From Psilocybe cubensis (lineage: Eukaryota): a stretch of DNA of 64,000 bases. This document shows, piece after piece, positions 63,132 to 64,000 of the stretch (position 1 is its first letter; every line of letters begins with the position of its first letter). A model generated the notes under the pieces. The model was not told the DNA's origin and did no database searches. It saw nothing but the letters and a program-made list of their open reading frames with translations. The stretch lies in assembly GCA_017499595.2 (NCBI GenBank), contig CM039006.1, positions 2,108,001 through 2,172,000 of the forward strand, given 5' to 3'. The translations under genes and the position numbers were made by a program.

Positions 63132-64000
63132 TCAATCCTCCTGCAATGAGTCTAACACACTGTTGAACAGGGAGTCTATCCAGAGATTGTTCACCGTACC
63201 CCCTTCCATAACATCACTCACTGTAACTTTGCGCTGCATGGCCAAATTGGGGACCACAGAAAAGCTTTGTATCCGTTTGCTCTCTATAAGCCACGCATAA
63301 GCCTGGTCAATCGCGCGTGAGTAGGCAAATGGTGGATGCGTCAGATGCAGCAGTAGACGCCGGGCGCCTGCGCGGGAGACAGCGTAGGCATGTGTGCATT
63401 TGGGATCGGTAGAGGTATACATTTTCGACCATGTCGGGAGCGATCCGTTTGTAGGTGATTCTTTTGTGATTAGACTACCCCGGGTTTCGTCTGACCAGCA
63501 ATGACCTGATAGAGGATTAGAATTTAGACAAAAAAGAATACATTCTTCACATGAAGTGCTCAATACCTAGAAACACCATGTCCCAATCTTCCGGCAAATC
63601 CTTCCACAGGAATTCCATTTGCTGCATGATATCTCTTTCCATGTCGACGTCGTCTTCCAGAATCAACGCAATACTTCCTTTACCAGAAGCAGTTGGTAAA
63701 CTGTTTGCATGTAGGTGCAGGACCGATAAATGTGAGTGCCAGCATGCGACACGCCCAGAAGTCAGTCGCTTGTATTCCGGTACCTCGTCAGGCGCCTTGT
63801 CGAGGAGATAAAAGTCTTGCTCGCTGCACGTAAGAGGCTCATAGGGTGGACGCCTGACTGGCTGAGCCCAAATTAGTGGATCAAGGAGGGGGATCTCGAG
63901 GTTAGATTGTGCGATATCCTCTAAATATTCTGGCCAAAATAACACATCTTCTGCATGTATATCGCCATCGCTATAGGAGTCGTCATTGCCGAGAGATCCA
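63132..64000 (-). CDS. Glycosyltransferase family 25-like protein (5' end outside the window)
   Basis: ACWHSH, ALILEDDVD, WDMVFLG|HCW, PKCTHAYAVSRAGARRLL and AIDQ motifs. Confidence 0.88.

Overview
Eukaryotic, intron-rich DNA, most consistent with an agaricomycete (mushroom-forming) fungus; this is inferred from short GT-AG introns and the gene families present. Positions 1-35207 are a head-to-tail array of an 11,049-bp unit: three full copies plus about 2 kb, apparently identical, and open at the left edge of the window. A diverged 'parent-like' version of part of the unit follows (35208-~40540), then single-copy genes. Each unit carries: an intron-dense, apparently non-coding repeat region with splice signals on both strands; one intact ORF resembling the clampless-1 (Clp1) family; a telomere-like junction; deleted remnants of an NLR; a NADAR pseudogene whose 3' part is shredded into short collinear fragments; and a block of iterated ~27-bp motifs. 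The right half contains a frameshifted NADAR gene, a La-motif RNA-binding protein, an atypical G-protein alpha subunit, an amidase, a purine-rich duplicated block, an intact NLR (MLKL-like N-terminus, STAND NTPase, TPR), a PMP3-family proteolipid, a BTB protein and a GT25 glycosyltransferase. No rRNA, tRNA, CRISPR or transposase could be supported. All family assignments are from motif recognition by eye, not database searches.
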